The notes below the pieces were generated by a model that had not been told where the DNA came from, did no database searches, and saw only the letters and a list, made by a program, of their open reading frames with translations. From an uncultured Chitinophaga sp. (lineage in GTDB: Bacteria; Bacteroidota; Bacteroidia; Chitinophagales; Chitinophagaceae): a DNA stretch of 64,000 bases. The stretch is taken from assembly GCA_964596345.1 (NCBI GenBank), contig CAZQSZ010000001.1, positions 752,696 through 816,695 on the forward strand, written 5' to 3'. The position numbers and the translations under genes were made by a program. Positions 17,820-26,688 of the stretch are shown in pieces (the first letter of the stretch is position 1; the number at the start of each line of letters is the position of its first letter).

Positions 17820-19484
17820 ATGAGCGAAAAAAATAATTTATCAGCAGTTGAACGGATCAAGACATCCAGTGATGGTTTGCGGGGCACGTTGAAAGAAAGT
17901 CTGCAGGACGGGCTGACCGGTGCCTTGAAAGAAGATGATCAGTCGCTGATCAAATTTCACGGCCTGTACCAGCAGGATGACAGGGACAGGAGAGAAGAAC
18001 GTACGGAGAAAAAATTAGAATGGTTATATTCTTATATGATCCGGTTACGGCTTCCCGGAGGTTTTTTAACAGCAGAGCAGTGGATCGGTTTACATCATAT
18101 AGCTGGTGAGCATTCAACTGGCACCATCAAGATCACCACACGCCAAACTGTACAACTGCATGGAATAGTAAAATCACATATTAAACCAACGATACAGTCT
18201 TTCAATACCCTTCATCTTGATTCTATTGCTGCCTGCGGTGATGTGAACAGGAATGTAACCTGCAGTGCTCACCCCAGAGAATCAGCGATACATGAACAGG
18301 TGTTTCAATATGCAGATAAGATCAGTGTGATGGCTTTACCCAAAACAAGATCTTATTATGAAATATGGCTGGATGAAGAACAGATAGCAGATAAGAAAGA
18401 AGATGATCCTTTATACCAGGACCGCTACCTGCCCAGGAAATTCAAAGTAGGTATTGCCATTCCGCCGAATAATGATGTGGATGTACTGACCAATGATGTC
18501 GGCTTGATTGCTATCATTGAAAATAATGAACTGAAAGGATTCAATATTGCAGCCGGTGGCGGTTTAAGTTCCACGCATGGCAACCCCGCAACTTATGCAA
18601 GACTGGCAACGGTGTTGGGATTTGTGGATACAGAAGAAAAAGTATTGAAAGCAGTATATGAGATCATGACCATTCAACGGGATCATGGTAACAGGAGTGA
18701 CCGGAAACTGGCCCGGCTGAAATATACGATCGATAAGCTGGGTGTTGATCCGTTTAAGGAAGAATTAGAGAAACGATGCGGATTTAAACTTGAGCCGGTA
18801 AAACCCTACACGTTTACTACAAGAAAAGATCATTATGGCTGGAAGCAGAATCATGAAGGCAACTGGTATTATACCGTGTTTGTGGAAAATGGAAGGATAC
18901 TGGATGATGAAAAACTGCCACTGAAAACAGCCTTACTGGAAATAGCCAAAACAGGTAAGCTGAATTTCCGGTTTACAGGCAATCAGAATGTAATACTTGC
19001 AGATGTAAAAGAGGCAGACAAAAATGAGATTGATGCATTATTGCAGCAGTTTAATATCAGTGATCATACTGCTGCTGCGGGGGCACTGCGCAAAAATGCA
19101 ATGGCTTGTGTGGCATTCAATACCTGCCCGTTGGCATTGGCAGAGGCACAGCGTTACCTGCCTTCCCTGGTTGATAAGATCGAACCTTTACTGAAGAAGC
19201 ATTCAATTGAGCAAGAAGAGATCATATTACGAATGACCGGTTGCCCCAATGGGTGCGGCCGTTCCCCGGCTGCAGAAATTGGTTTTGTTGGAACCGCCTA
19301 TGGACAATACAACCTGCATATTGGAGGAGACAGGATCGGTGAAAGATTGAATAGAAAATATAAGGACAGCCTGGATGAGCCGCAAATACTGGAAGAGCTG
19401 GATCAATTGTTTGCTGTGTATAGTGCGAAAAGAAACGCCGGGGAAACCTTTGGTGATTTTGTCATCCGTGAAAAAATAGTGTGA
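17820..19484 (+). CDS. cysI: Assimilatory sulfite reductase hemoprotein beta component (siroheme/[4Fe-4S])
   Basis: 554 aa. Cluster/siroheme Cys motifs [11 protein letters not shown] and [11 protein letters not shown]. Confidence 0.92.
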   Translation: MSEKNNLSAVERIKTSSDGLRGTLKESLQDGLTGALKEDDQSLIKFHGLYQQDDRDRREERTEKKLEWLYSYMIRLRLPGGFLTAEQWIGLHHIAGEHSTGTIKITTRQTVQLHGIVKSHIKPTIQSFNTLHLDSIAACGDVNRNVTCSAHPRESAIHEQVFQYADKISVMALPKTRSYYEIWLDEEQIADKKEDDPLYQDRYLPRKFKVGIAIPPNNDVDVLTNDVGLIAIIENNELKGFNIAAGGGLSSTHGNPATYARLATVLGFVDTEEKVLKAVYEIMTIQRDHGNRSDRKLARLKYTIDKLGVDPFKEELEKRCGFKLEPVKPYTFTTRKDHYGWKQNHEGNWYYTVFVENGRILDDEKLPLKTALLEIAKTGKLNFRFTGNQNVILADVKEADKNEIDALLQQFNISDHTAAAGALRKNAMACVAFNTCPLALAEAQRYLPSLVDKIEPLLKKHSIEQEEIILRMTGCPNGCGRSPAAEIGFVGTAYGQYNLHIGGDRIGERLNRKYKDSLDEPQILEELDQLFAVYSAKRNAGETFGDFVIREKIV

Positions 19485-20749
19485 TGTTTTTGTACGACAA
19501 TTATTTTAGACAACGCCTGCAGGAACTAAAGGATAACGGCTCCTACCGCTATTTTTTAGAAGTGAACAAGAGTGCCCAGCACTTTCCGCATTTCTATTAC
19601 CAGGATGCCAGTGGGATGCAACGTTCAGCGGTGAACTGGTGCAGTAATGATTATCTCTGTATGAGTACAAGGGAAGAGGTAATCGCCAAACTTGGATTTG
19701 TTACACACCGCAGTGGCACCGCCAGCAGTGGTACCCGAAATATTTCAGGTACGACAGTGCATCATAAAGAACTGGAAACAACTTTGGCGGCCTGGCATAA
19801 AAAAGAAGCCGCCTTATTATTCAACGGAGCTTATGCGGCAAATGTAACAACACTGCAAACATTGGGCAGGCATATTCCCGGGCTGATCTTTATTTCAGAT
19901 GAGCGGAACCATGCTTCCCTGATCGAAGGGATGAGAGGAGCAGGTAATGAGAAAAGAATTTTCCGTCACAATGATATGAAAGAGCTGGAAAGAATTTTGA
20001 ATGCCATTCCGCTGCAAACGCCCAAGTTGCTGGTATTTGAATCGGTGTATTCCATTTCAGGAACCATCGCCCCGGTAAAAGAGATCATCGCATTGGCAAG
20101 AAAGTATAACGCCATGACTTATGTTGATGAAGTCCATGCCGTCGGGCTTTATGGAGAAACAGGGGCCGGTATTTTTGAACAGGAAAAACTGCAGGATGAA
20201 ATTGATATCCTGAACGGGACCCTCTCGAAGGCAATTGGTGTGTTTGGCGGATATATTGCAGCTTCAGCTGTGATCATTGATTTTATCCGTAGTTATGGAA
20301 GTGGGTTTATTTTCACCACTTCATTGCCCCCTGCTGTTTGCAGTGCTGCTACTAAAAGTATACAGTTGATTCAACAGCATCCGGAATGGAGACAGGAGTT
20401 CAGGGCTAATGTTCAGTTGCTTCGAAAAGCCCTGCAGGAAAACCAGGTTGAGTTCCGTACTAACGATTCACATATCACCAGTGTACCAATCAGGGATGCG
20501 GTCCGGTGCAGGCAACTGGCCAATGAACTGCTGCAAAAACAGGGAGTGTACCTGCAGCCGATCAATTATCCAACTGTACCCAAAGGCGAAGAATGCCTCC
20601 GCATTATTGTAACGGCAAGGCACCTGGTAAAGCATATTAATCATTTGGCATTTAGTTTATCTAAAATAATTCATGGAGACGATCAGGCTCATAGGACGGG
20701 ATTCGCGGCTTTCGCTGCTGCAACTGGAGATAGTGAAGCAGCGTATTGA
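19484..20749 (+). CDS. hemA: 5-aminolevulinate synthase homologue (C4/Shemin-type, alpha-oxoamine synthase family)
   Basis: ATG at 19484 overlaps the cysI stop (TGATG). Motifs closely track alphaproteobacterial ALAS as I recall it: [62 protein letters not shown] (PLP lysine), [14 protein letters not shown] and [19 protein letters not shown]. Confidence 0.8.
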   Translation: MFLYDNYFRQRLQELKDNGSYRYFLEVNKSAQHFPHFYYQDASGMQRSAVNWCSNDYLCMSTREEVIAKLGFVTHRSGTASSGTRNISGTTVHHKELETTLAAWHKKEAALLFNGAYAANVTTLQTLGRHIPGLIFISDERNHASLIEGMRGAGNEKRIFRHNDMKELERILNAIPLQTPKLLVFESVYSISGTIAPVKEIIALARKYNAMTYVDEVHAVGLYGETGAGIFEQEKLQDEIDILNGTLSKAIGVFGGYIAASAVIIDFIRSYGSGFIFTTSLPPAVCSAATKSIQLIQQHPEWRQEFRANVQLLRKALQENQVEFRTNDSHITSVPIRDAVRCRQLANELLQKQGVYLQPINYPTVPKGEECLRIIVTARHLVKHINHLAFSLSKIIHGDDQAHRTGFAAFAAATGDSEAAY

Positions 20750-22196
20750 AACAGCAGCGAGCGGAATCAAAGTGGAGATCATTGCCCGCAGCAGCCGGGG
20801 CGATGAGCTGCAGGATGTGCCTTTGCAAACCGTGGAAGGAAGCGATTTTTTTACACAGGATATTTTTGATGCCCTGGAGAATGGAACTGCCGATATTGCT
20901 GTTCATTCATTAAAAGATATGAGCAACGAACATTTTTTTGGAACCAATAAGTTTGCCGTGGTGGACAGGGATGATACCAGGGACGTGGCCATCTTCCAAA
21001 AAGATATTCAACGAAAAATCACAGAAGGAAAACAGATCGTTATCGGAACCTGTTCCCCCAGGCGGGAAGAAATGGCAATTGGTTTTTTGCAAAAGGCTTT
21101 ACCGCAGTTGCATACCAATTTCCGGGTGGTTACAAAAACGATCCGGGGAAATGTGGATACAAGATTACGAAAACTGGAGAGTGGTGAGTATGATGGTATC
21201 ATCCTCGCAACAGCCGGGCTAAACAGATTATTGAGAAGCTGTGAAGATGCGGGAGTAAAGGAGTTATTGAAAGATAAAAAGCTGATGTTGTTACCGCTGG
21301 TAGAATGTGTGCCTGCTCCCTGCCAGGGAGCTATTGTGGCAGAAGCAGTTCCCGGAAACAGCAGGGCTATAGAATTGCTCAATATCATCAACAATAGCAG
21401 CTTGATGATTGATTGTACGAGGGAGAAGAAAGAAGCCTTGCAATATGGCGTGGGTTGTTTGCAAAAATTTGGAGTTACTACATTTAATCATGATGGTAAG
21501 AAGAGTTTGTATGCAGCGGGTAAGAATAGCAAAGGACAGTCATTTAGCAAATGGGAAGGATTACCGGAGTTGGATATTGCTACTAAGAAATTTTTCAGCA
21601 GTACAGATTATATGGGTGAATTTTTTGGTTACGACTATCATGCCGAGACAATTCAAATCAATGAACCGGTAGTTTACGTTGCCAATTATAAAGCAGTACA
21701 TCATAATAGTCTTACCGGCCAGTTAAGTGAAAAGAAAGTCTGGGCGGCCGGCACCAAAACCTGGTATGAACTGGCTAAGAAAGGAGTCTGGGTAGAGGGA
21801 TCTGCAGATGCTTTCGGGCTGGAAACATTGATCCCGGTTTGGCAAATGCCACTGATCGGGATTGAGAAAGAGGAAGTAGCTGTGATTACAAATGACCAGT
21901 CAAAGACGAACTGGCAACAAAAGAACTGGAAGGTTTACAGCACTTATTCTTTACTGGAAGAACAATCGGTGGTAATAAGTGAGCAGATCAAAGAAGCGGA
22001 TGTTATCTTCTGGACAAGTTTCCGGCAGTACCAGCAGTATAAAGAACTGCTAAAAAATAATGTGCAGCATGTTTGCCCTTTTGGGGAAACAGCAGAACAA
22101 TTCAAAGCAGCAGGTTTGAAACCTGTAGTATTTCCAAACATAAAAGCATTTCAGCAATGGAGACAAACTTCTGGCCAGTTACCCAGCGTCGCCTGA
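20673..22196 (+). CDS. hemC: Hydroxymethylbilane synthase with a ~210-aa C-terminal uroporphyrinogen-III-synthase-like extension
   Basis: Residues ~1-295 carry HemC motifs: [52 protein letters not shown] and cofactor Cys VGCLQKF. The tail resembles HemD segments ([43 protein letters not shown]). Confidence 0.8.
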   Translation: METIRLIGRDSRLSLLQLEIVKQRIETAASGIKVEIIARSSRGDELQDVPLQTVEGSDFFTQDIFDALENGTADIAVHSLKDMSNEHFFGTNKFAVVDRDDTRDVAIFQKDIQRKITEGKQIVIGTCSPRREEMAIGFLQKALPQLHTNFRVVTKTIRGNVDTRLRKLESGEYDGIILATAGLNRLLRSCEDAGVKELLKDKKLMLLPLVECVPAPCQGAIVAEAVPGNSRAIELLNIINNSSLMIDCTREKKEALQYGVGCLQKFGVTTFNHDGKKSLYAAGKNSKGQSFSKWEGLPELDIATKKFFSSTDYMGEFFGYDYHAETIQINEPVVYVANYKAVHHNSLTGQLSEKKVWAAGTKTWYELAKKGVWVEGSADAFGLETLIPVWQMPLIGIEKEEVAVITNDQSKTNWQQKNWKVYSTYSLLEEQSVVISEQIKEADVIFWTSFRQYQQYKELLKNNVQHVCPFGETAEQFKAAGLKPVVFPNIKAFQQWRQTSGQLPSVA

Positions 22197-23152
22197 GAGC
22201 AGGTACACATATAAGAGAGCTGATAGCCTCGGTAAAACTCAATCACAAGAGTTTTATCCAGCCGGTATTTGTGGAGGAAGGGATCAGCTCTCCAAGAACA
22301 GTGAAGGGGTTAAATGAGGTGCAGGTAGAAATGGCGGATTCAATAGTATATAGTATGGAACAGGATATCAGGAACGGGATTTCAAAATTCCTGTTATTTC
22401 CTGTACCAGCAACGAAAAAGGATAAGGAGTTTGATTTCTCATTTGCTGCTAATGTGATAAGGCGGGTAAAGGAAAATTTCGGTGAAGATGCATGGCTGGC
22501 TGCAGATGTTTGCTTATGCAGTTATACTACGCATGGGCATTGTGGTATTCTAAACCAGGATCACACACAGCTCTTAAACAGCAAAACAGTGGAACTGTTG
22601 AGCCACTATGCTTCTTTATTGGCTAATGCCGGGGTGGATTGTATTGCGCCGAGTGATATGATGGATGGCCGTATAGGGGCGATCAGAAGCAAACTGGATG
22701 CGCTGGGGTATGAACAGGTAAGCATCATGAGCTATGCAGCAAAGTTTAGTTCGCAGTTTTACGGGCCTTTCAGGGATGCCTGTCATTCTGTTCCCAATTC
22801 AACTGGATTGAAAAACAGGAAGACATACCAGTTATCCCCCTTTACTATCAACGATGCACTGGCATCTGCCATGCGGGATGAAAAAGAAGGAGCTGATATA
22901 TTGATGGTAAAACCAGCAGCACTTTATACAGATATAATCGCAAAACTGAAGCAACAAACCTTAAAGCCGGTGGCAGCATACCATGTGAGCGGGGAGTATG
23001 CAGCTATTGAAGCGTTGGCGGAGAAAGGTTTGCTGGACAGGGAAGCAGCACATGTGGAGGTGTGGGCGGCGCTGCAACGCAGCGGGGCAGATATTATTAT
23101 TTCCTATGCGGCAAGAAATGCAAAAGAGTGGATCAACCAGGCAATCATTTAA
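22157..23152 (+). CDS. hemB: Porphobilinogen synthase (ALA dehydratase), Zn-type
   Basis: ORF 22073..23152 (TTG start) trimmed to the ATG at 22157, where homology begins ([14 protein letters not shown]...IQPVFVEEG). Contains the Cys-rich metal site DVCLCSYTTHGHCG, PSDMMDGRIG and the active-site MVKPA. Confidence 0.9.
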   Translation: METNFWPVTQRRLRAGTHIRELIASVKLNHKSFIQPVFVEEGISSPRTVKGLNEVQVEMADSIVYSMEQDIRNGISKFLLFPVPATKKDKEFDFSFAANVIRRVKENFGEDAWLAADVCLCSYTTHGHCGILNQDHTQLLNSKTVELLSHYASLLANAGVDCIAPSDMMDGRIGAIRSKLDALGYEQVSIMSYAAKFSSQFYGPFRDACHSVPNSTGLKNRKTYQLSPFTINDALASAMRDEKEGADILMVKPAALYTDIIAKLKQQTLKPVAAYHVSGEYAAIEALAEKGLLDREAAHVEVWAALQRSGADIIISYAARNAKEWINQAII

Positions 23153-23167
23153 AAGTTAACAGGACCG

Positions 23168-24688
23168 ATGGATAGTCATATAGATAAAACAGCCCCGGAA
23201 ACAAGTAACGGTGATGGTACAAAGAACCAGTTGTATCCTGTTTTCCTGAAACTGGAGCAGTTAAATATTTTACTGGTGGGAGCCGGTAATGTAGGGTTGG
23301 AGAAATTACATTCACTTTTGTCGAATTCTCCCCAGGCAAAGATCACGGTAGTGGCACCAGGGGTTAAAAAAGAAGTAAGGGAATTGGTACAAAAGCATCC
23401 TTCTTGCACAATTATTGAAAGGCAATTCCAGGAGGAAGATCTTGAGAATAAAGAGCTGGTTATTTTAGCAACTGATAATAAAGAATTACACCAGGATATC
23501 ACCCAACTCGCCAATGCCAACAAGATACTGATCAATGTGGCAGATACACCCGAACTCTGTGATTTCTATTTGGGCAGTATTGTGCAGAAGGGATTATTGA
23601 AGATCGCTATCTCCACCAATGGGAAATCGCCAACAGCAGCCAAACGTATCAGGGAAGTTTTGAATGAATCTTTGCCTTCAGAACTGGATGAGCTGATCAG
23701 TAACCTGAATAAGGTGCGGGGTAAGCTGAACGGTAATTTTGACTATAAAGTAAAAAAGCTGAATGCACTTACCAAAATCCTGGTAGATAAGGACAGCACC
23801 GTGGGTGAAAGAAGATGGCGAAAGATCGCTACCTGGTCCTTGGTCATTTTTGCCTCTATGCTTGTCGGGCATTTCATTTTATCTTATTTGCCTTTCCGGC
23901 AAATAGCAGATGATACGGTGGCGTGGTACGGTACATTGGATAAAAATTTTCACTGGATGGTGCTGGCTGGTTTTCTTGCACAAATGGTGGATGGAGCCAC
24001 CAGTATGGGATACGGAGTTACGAGTTCGGTTGTTTTACAAACGGCACAGGTAAGCCCTGCTGCCATTAGTGCCGGTATTCATACGGCAGAGATGTTTACT
24101 ACAGCTGCGTCGGGGTATAGTCACTATAAATTCAAGAATGTAAATAAAAAATTATTTAAGGCGCTGGTGATTCCAGGTGTTATTGGCGCTGTATTGGGAG
24201 CTTTATTATTAGTTTGGTTTGATGACACACATATTAAGTATCTGCGTCCCGCTATGGCTATTTATACATTGATGCTCGGCTTAAAGATATTCAGTAATGC
24301 GTTTCGTACTACCGGAAAGAGTAAATTCAAACGCTATGGCTGGCTGGCGGGTGCAGGTGGTTTCCTGGATTCATTCGGGGGAGGAGGCTGGGGACCCATT
24401 GTTACCTCCACACTGATAACAAAAGGAAGGACACCCAGGTATGTTATTGGTTCTGTAAGCCTGACCGAATTCTTTGTTACGCTGGCCAGTGCTTTTACAT
24501 TTTTTACGCTTATAGGTGTGCAAGGCTGGCAAATAATACTGGCATTGGTACTGGGAGGAGTTATAGCCGCACCTATTGCAGCGAAGCTGGCAGGTAAATT
24601 GCCTAAGAAAACCTCTTTCGTTTTATTAGGAGTTATTGTCGTTGCCTGGAGCACCAGGATATTAATTAATACCTTTATATCCCTATAG
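23168..24688 (+). CDS. Fusion of a precorrin-2 dehydrogenase/sirohydrochlorin ferrochelatase (SirC/Met8/CysG-N-like) domain to a TauE/SafE (TSUP) family membrane permease
   Basis: One uninterrupted 506-aa ORF. Residues ~25-215 contain YPVFLKLEQLNILLVGAGNVG and NVADTPELCDFYLGSIVQKGLLKIAISTNGKSPTAAKRIRE. Residues ~225-506 are multi-TM with Gly-rich TSUP-like motifs (MVDGATSMGYG, GGFLDSFGGGGWGPI). Confidence 0.7.
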   Translation: MDSHIDKTAPETSNGDGTKNQLYPVFLKLEQLNILLVGAGNVGLEKLHSLLSNSPQAKITVVAPGVKKEVRELVQKHPSCTIIERQFQEEDLENKELVILATDNKELHQDITQLANANKILINVADTPELCDFYLGSIVQKGLLKIAISTNGKSPTAAKRIREVLNESLPSELDELISNLNKVRGKLNGNFDYKVKKLNALTKILVDKDSTVGERRWRKIATWSLVIFASMLVGHFILSYLPFRQIADDTVAWYGTLDKNFHWMVLAGFLAQMVDGATSMGYGVTSSVVLQTAQVSPAAISAGIHTAEMFTTAASGYSHYKFKNVNKKLFKALVIPGVIGAVLGALLLVWFDDTHIKYLRPAMAIYTLMLGLKIFSNAFRTTGKSKFKRYGWLAGAGGFLDSFGGGGWGPIVTSTLITKGRTPRYVIGSVSLTEFFVTLASAFTFFTLIGVQGWQIILALVLGGVIAAPIAAKLAGKLPKKTSFVLLGVIVVAWSTRILINTFISL

Positions 24689-24741
24689 TATTGGGACGAT
24701 GAGTTTACCTTTGTCCTCTTTTTACAAGTAAGTCTAATTTT

Positions 24742-25917
24742 ATGGCGAAGCAACACCCGGAAACAAAGGCGATCCGTATTCAGACCAGGCAAACGGGCCA
24801 GAAAGAACATTCAACCCCGTTATTCCTGACCAGCAGTTTTACCTATGAATCAGCAGAGGATATGGCTGCCGCTTTTGCCGATGACTCACTGGAAGTGAAT
24901 ATTTATTCCCGTTTTTCCAACCCAACCGTTGATGAATTTATTATCAAGATCGCTACTCTCGAAGGGGCAGAAGATGGTATTGCCACCGGAACAGGGATGG
25001 CCGCAGTGTTTTCCACTTTCATGACTTTTTTATCCAAAGGAGATCATATCATTTCTGCTTCTGCGGTGTTTGGCTCCACTCATACCATCCTTACTAAATA
25101 TTTACCGAAATGGGGCATTGAGAGTTCTTATTTTGATATGAGCAAACCGGAAACTATTGCAGCATTGATCAAACCAACTACCAAAATGCTGTATATCGAA
25201 ACACCGAGTAATCCCGGATTGGATATTATTGACATTGAGTATGTTTCGGTGCTTTGCAAACAGCATAATATTTTGCTGGTAGTGGATAATTGTTTTGCTA
25301 CCCCGGCGGTACAGCAACCCATAAAATTTGGCGCTGATCTCGTACTACATTCTGCTACCAAATTTATTGACGGGCAGGGCAGGGTATTAGGTGGAGTGGT
25401 GGTAGGCCGGAAAGAACTGATCAACCCGATGTATTTATTTGTACGGAATACCGGCCCTTCATTGAGCCCGTTCAATGCCTGGGTGCTTAGTAAAAGCCTG
25501 GAGACATTATTCATCCGCATGGATAAGCATGCAACAAATGCGATGCAACTGGCTGTGGCTTTACAAAATCATCCGAAGATCGGTTCGGTAAAATATCCTT
25601 TCCTGGAATCACATCCGCAATATGCCATTGCAAAAAAGCAAATGAGTAATGGCGGTGGTATCGTCACTTTTGAATTAAAAGGGGGTATTGAAAGTGGCCG
25701 GAAGTTCCTGAATGCACTACAAATGCTTTCCATGACCAATAATTTGGGCGACAGTCGCAGCATCGCTTCGCATCCTGCTTCTACCACCCATTCCAAACTG
25801 ACAGAGGAAGAAAGGCAGTCTGTCGGGATAACGCCGGGATTAATCAGGCTTTCTGTTGGCCTGGAACATCCGGATGACGTGTTGCAGGATATTTTACAGG
25901 CGCTGAATAAGTGCTGA
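24742..25917 (+). CDS. metZ: O-succinyl/O-acetyl-homoserine sulfhydrylase (Cys/Met-metabolism PLP enzyme)
   Basis: 391 aa. Contains LFLTSSF, YSRFSNPTV, HSATKFIDGQGR (PLP lysine), LSPFNAW and NLGDSRS...HPASTTH, closely MetZ-like. Confidence 0.8.
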   Translation: MAKQHPETKAIRIQTRQTGQKEHSTPLFLTSSFTYESAEDMAAAFADDSLEVNIYSRFSNPTVDEFIIKIATLEGAEDGIATGTGMAAVFSTFMTFLSKGDHIISASAVFGSTHTILTKYLPKWGIESSYFDMSKPETIAALIKPTTKMLYIETPSNPGLDIIDIEYVSVLCKQHNILLVVDNCFATPAVQQPIKFGADLVLHSATKFIDGQGRVLGGVVVGRKELINPMYLFVRNTGPSLSPFNAWVLSKSLETLFIRMDKHATNAMQLAVALQNHPKIGSVKYPFLESHPQYAIAKKQMSNGGGIVTFELKGGIESGRKFLNALQMLSMTNNLGDSRSIASHPASTTHSKLTEEERQSVGITPGLIRLSVGLEHPDDVLQDILQALNKC

Positions 25918-26643
25918 TTATTTTCCCTTCCATTTATTTAATTGCTGTAGTAAAGCTTTTAATTCTTTCGGCAAAGCTGCTTCCAGTTCAATTGTTTTGT
26001 TATCACTGTCCGTAAAACTTAACTGGTAAGCATGCAAAGCCAGCCTGTTTAACAAAGGCCGTTCTTCCAGTTCATTTTTGGAGAGTTTGAATTTTTTATG
26101 CTTCAGCGAAGACAATAAAACAGGTTTTCCGTCACCATATAATGGATCACAAACTATCGGATGCCCCATTTCTTTTGCATGCACCCTGATCTGGTGTGTT
26201 CTGCCGGTATGAATTTGAAATTGCAGCCAGGCATACACGCCAAAATCTTCCAGTACTTCATAATCGGTCAGTGCATCTTTTCCCTTCCGGTGAACGATCA
26301 TGCTGCCGTTTTTGGCAGGATGTTCCCCCATCGGTGCATCAATGCTCCCCGTCTTTTCCATAGGCGAGCCAATGACCAGGCCGAGGTATATCTTTTTCGT
26401 AAGCCGTCCTTCAAACTGAAGCGAAAGCTGTTTATGGGCTGCTTCATTCTTCGCAAAGATGATCAGGCCGCTGGTATCTTTATCCAGCCGGTGCACCGTA
26501 AAGATGTTGCCGTATTTATCTTTCAGTAATTGCTTCAGTGAAATTTCTTTTCCTTCCCGGTCAGGAATAGATAATAAACCGGATGGTTTGTTCAATGCAA
26601 CCCAGTTTTCGTTTTCAACAATAATAATATCCCGGAGATTCAT
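25918..26643 (-). CDS. RluA-family pseudouridine synthase
   Basis: 241 aa. Contains the HRLDKDTSGL catalytic-Asp motif and HQIRVH. Confidence 0.85.
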   Translation of the reverse strand: MNLRDIIIVENENWVALNKPSGLLSIPDREGKEISLKQLLKDKYGNIFTVHRLDKDTSGLIIFAKNEAAHKQLSLQFEGRLTKKIYLGLVIGSPMEKTGSIDAPMGEHPAKNGSMIVHRKGKDALTDYEVLEDFGVYAWLQFQIHTGRTHQIRVHAKEMGHPIVCDPLYGDGKPVLLSSLKHKKFKLSKNELEERPLLNRLALHAYQLSFTDSDNKTIELEAALPKELKALLQQLNKWKGK

Positions 26644-26688
26644 TGGTTGTAATTAGTAACTCTTTGTGGTTATGAAGGGGCTTTAAAA

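Noticed and set aside
20650-20749. Possibility that the ALAS gene is frameshifted or a pseudogene because of its extended tail
   Set aside because: All conserved ALAS blocks up to ...[10 protein letters not shown] are intact and in one frame. Only the extreme C-terminus is extended, so it is treated as an overlap rather than decay.
24689-24741. SAM-type riboswitch ahead of metZ
   Set aside because: The spacer is only 53 nt, too short for any known SAM riboswitch class. No conserved stems were seen.
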